Below are positions 61,225-64,000 of a stretch of 64,000 nt of DNA, piece after piece. The position numbers and the translations under genes are program-made. Source of the DNA: Octopus sinensis (taxonomy: Eukaryota); NCBI RefSeq assembly GCF_006345805.1, contig NC_043025.1:2108001-2172000 (forward strand), in the 5' to 3' direction. How positions within the stretch are numbered: position 1 is the first letter of the stretch; each line of letters opens with the position of its first letter. The notes beneath the pieces were generated by a model. It ran no database searches. It worked only from the letters and a program-made list of their open reading frames with translations, and had not been told where the DNA came from.

Positions 61225-62579
61225 CTTTCCTAATTCATATTTTGTCATTATATTTCCCTTTGTGCGTGTATGAAGACGTGTACGATTGTATGTGATTGTG
61301 TGTGATATAATAAATATTGTTTGCATTGGAATATGATTTTATGTGAACATGTATGATGTATCTGTGTGTGTGGTGTGTACGTTCGTGTCTGTGTGAGTAA
61401 AAAAAATCATATTTACTTACAGAAAATCATGCTATTAAAAAATTGTTTTATACTGTTTTGAAAACATTCTCTCACCCTAATGAAACACTTTACTCATATG
61501 CATACACACACACACACACACACATACAGAAAGACAAAATTTGAGCGATATACTTACATTAGGGATTGTAACTTTTATTAATATTTATGAAAGACTTATT
61601 CTTTGCGACCCAGAATTCAAAAGGTAATATTTTTCTCGTGGAAGAGCCATTTCAGAACTTTTCTGGGTTAAACACGCATACACAACCACCACATACACTC
61701 ACATTTACACACGCACACACACGTACACACACGCACACAAACGCATACACATACACACACACTCTCACAAATATATCGGTGCAGATGTTTTTGTTGTAAG
61801 AAGGTTGTTATAAACTATATGGCTCATGTCTCAGTGCCACTCGGAGGGACCATTTTCACGTGACTTTCCTTTTGCTTCGGGTCGACCAATACATTTTGAG
61901 TGGGTTTTGTAGATGGAAATTGAATCAAGTTTGTCGTATGATGCGTGTATATACATATATGCGTGACTGTGTCTCTTTATGCTCCAACCACTTTTTAACA
62001 GACAGTGCTTTAGTGTTCCCCACACTGTCATTTAACCGTTCGCTAAAAGTGACCAATAGATTAAGTAACAAGCCTACAAAAATGCGTGCAAGATTTGATA
62101 CACTCGACTAATATCCTTCAAGATAATGTTCTGGCATAGCGGAGGAGTAATGAGTGAAATAAGTAAAGGAGAAGGATATTCATATATAACATGTATCAGT
62201 GTAACACGTGTCAGTTAAATGACAGCATGATCTAACGTAGGACTTATTCAAATATTCAACCGAAAAAGCATATTTTACACCTTTGCTTGATTGTATTGCA
62301 CCGTACGTTAATTATCTCATCTCATCAATACTTAGTGGGTCTTCTTAATCTTCTTTTCTTCTTCGTCTTTTTCATCTTCTTCTTTTTCTTTTTGTTCTTT
62401 TTATCCTTCTTCTTCTTCTTCTTCTTCTTCTTCTTCTTCTTCTTCTTCTTCTATTCTTCTTCCTGTTCCTGTTTTGTCATGTGTCTTGTTATCGTCTGTT
62501 TCATTTTAGACACCCATTATTCAATATGTGATCAAAAATCTTTTCATAACAACTGTTATCCGGTTCTTTATTTCTGCAG

Positions 62580-62651
62580 ATATTTAAACGGAAATAATAT
62601 TTCGAGCATTGAAGAAGGAAGTTTCCAGGGTCTTCCTAGATTACAGCTATT
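62580..62651 (+). CDS. LRR exon (72 nt, phase 2-2)
   Basis: tttctgcag / gtaagt; YLNGNNISSIEEGSFQGLPRLQL(L). Confidence 0.92.
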
Positions 62652-63345
62652 GTAAGTCCGTTCGTTTTTTGTTGATACTGCATTATGAATCTTATTGTTT
62701 CATACCATTACTCTCCTCCCGTCTCTCTTTTTATTGCTCTAACTTATATTCTCTCCCTATATTGGTTCAATATCTGTTTCAGTTATTTTTCTGTTACAGC
62801 ATGTAGATGGAATGTGGGAAAATGTAAATACTTAGAATATAGTCACATATTTCTTTGTCTTTCAAAATGATACCAGCGTCGTTCACTGGTAATCTGCGTC
62901 AATTTCCAACATACTCTTCCGCTGATGATATATTTATAAATATTTAATGGGCTCTTATTTTCCTTCTCTCGCCTCCTCCCCTTGAAACTAATATTCTCTC
63001 TTATCGTATTTGCGCTTGAATGTCATTGAATGTGGGAAAATGAGCGTAAATATGGGTGTAACTGCACAATACTCTATGCATAAGTGGATGTGTGTATGAC
63101 TGTATATGCTTATATGCGCAAGACTTCGTCTCCCGACATTCTGAGATCAATCTCCGCCGAGATGGCTTTGCCTTTCGCCCTTCCAGGGTCGATAAAATAA
63201 ATACCAGCTGAAAACTTGGGTTGTTGTAATCGACACATTCCCTCTACCCAAATGGTTGCAGTTGTGGAACAATTTGAAACAGTTATCATATCTCTTTGCA
63301 AATAGTTTGTATATCAATATTTATTGTATTTCGTGTCTATTATAG

Positions 63346-63417
63346 ATCTATTCATGGAAATAATATTTCGCATATAGAAAAAGGGATATTCCAAGATCTT
63401 CCGAGTTTAAAGGAATT
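63346..63417 (+). CDS. LRR exon (72 nt, phase 2-2); gene continues beyond the window
   Basis: ctattatag / gtaagt; SIHGNNISHIEKGIFQDLPSLKE(L). Confidence 0.92.
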
Positions 63418-64000
63418 GTAAGTCAATTTATTTTTCTTAATACAACTTTATGAAAATAATATTGCTATAAATTTATTGTCATTTCGTTTCTGTTTCATGC
63501 CCTATTCTTTGGACTTTTACTCATTTTTTCTCCATATATTTGAGTTATGTTGCTTTGTTTGTGTATGAGGAAGAGTACAACTGGGATTTTACATGTTTGC
63601 ATGAAAGCATATTAATAGAAATTTTGTATGTATATGTTCATATGTATATATATGAATTAGGCAAATCGAACAGGGAAAAACATAAACCAAAAAATAAAAA
63701 TAAAAATAATTAATATATTATACAAAATATATAAAATTTTAAAATTTAAATTATTTAAATTTAAAATTATTAATTTATATTTATAAATTTTTATAAATTT
63801 TTTTTTTTTACGTATATATATATATATATATTTTAAATATTCTATATAAATACTGATTGTTATGTAATGATTCAGTTATCAAAGTTAAGTATATAATTAC
63901 TAGATTTTAACTCTACGTTTATTTCTAAGACTTTATTTAGCCAAATAGATATATAGATCGTTAATAGTAATACGATTTTTTTTAAAGTTAGGTTTCATGT

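Overview
Eukaryotic, AT-rich, microsatellite-dense DNA. Its SINE, LINE and Penelope content resembles cephalopod (Octopus-like) genomes, which is an inference from recognisable repeat families. Host-gene material is sparse. (i) Two phase-compatible exons (248-362, 2009-2178) encode a hormone-receptor (HRM) domain of an adhesion-GPCR-type protein; I could not find any GAIN/GPS/7TM exons downstream. (ii) An exon at about 9752-9935 encodes a Ly6/uPAR three-finger (CCxxxxCN) module, next to a tandem segmental duplication that carries two kinds of candidate phase-1 terminal exons. (iii) The 5' part of a secreted or membrane LRR gene (signal peptide, LRRNT, three 72-nt LRR exons) starts at 58452 and runs off the window. 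The rest is mobile DNA: at least five Penelope-like element (PLE) pieces with three GIY-YIG types, a near full-length Tx1/L1-clade element with a 14-bp TSD plus two related fragments, a CR1/Jockey-group LINE with an inverted partial copy, Tc1 and mariner relics, a Helitron relic, MITEs and several tRNA-derived SINE families. The most striking unannotated signal is about eight type I hammerhead-ribozyme motifs from at least four repeat families. These include an inverted pair with a U4C core variant and compensatory base-pair changes, with the Tx1 element inserted beside one of them. Most ORFs in the supplied track are microsatellite artefacts. All calls come from manual reading; no alignments or database searches were run.
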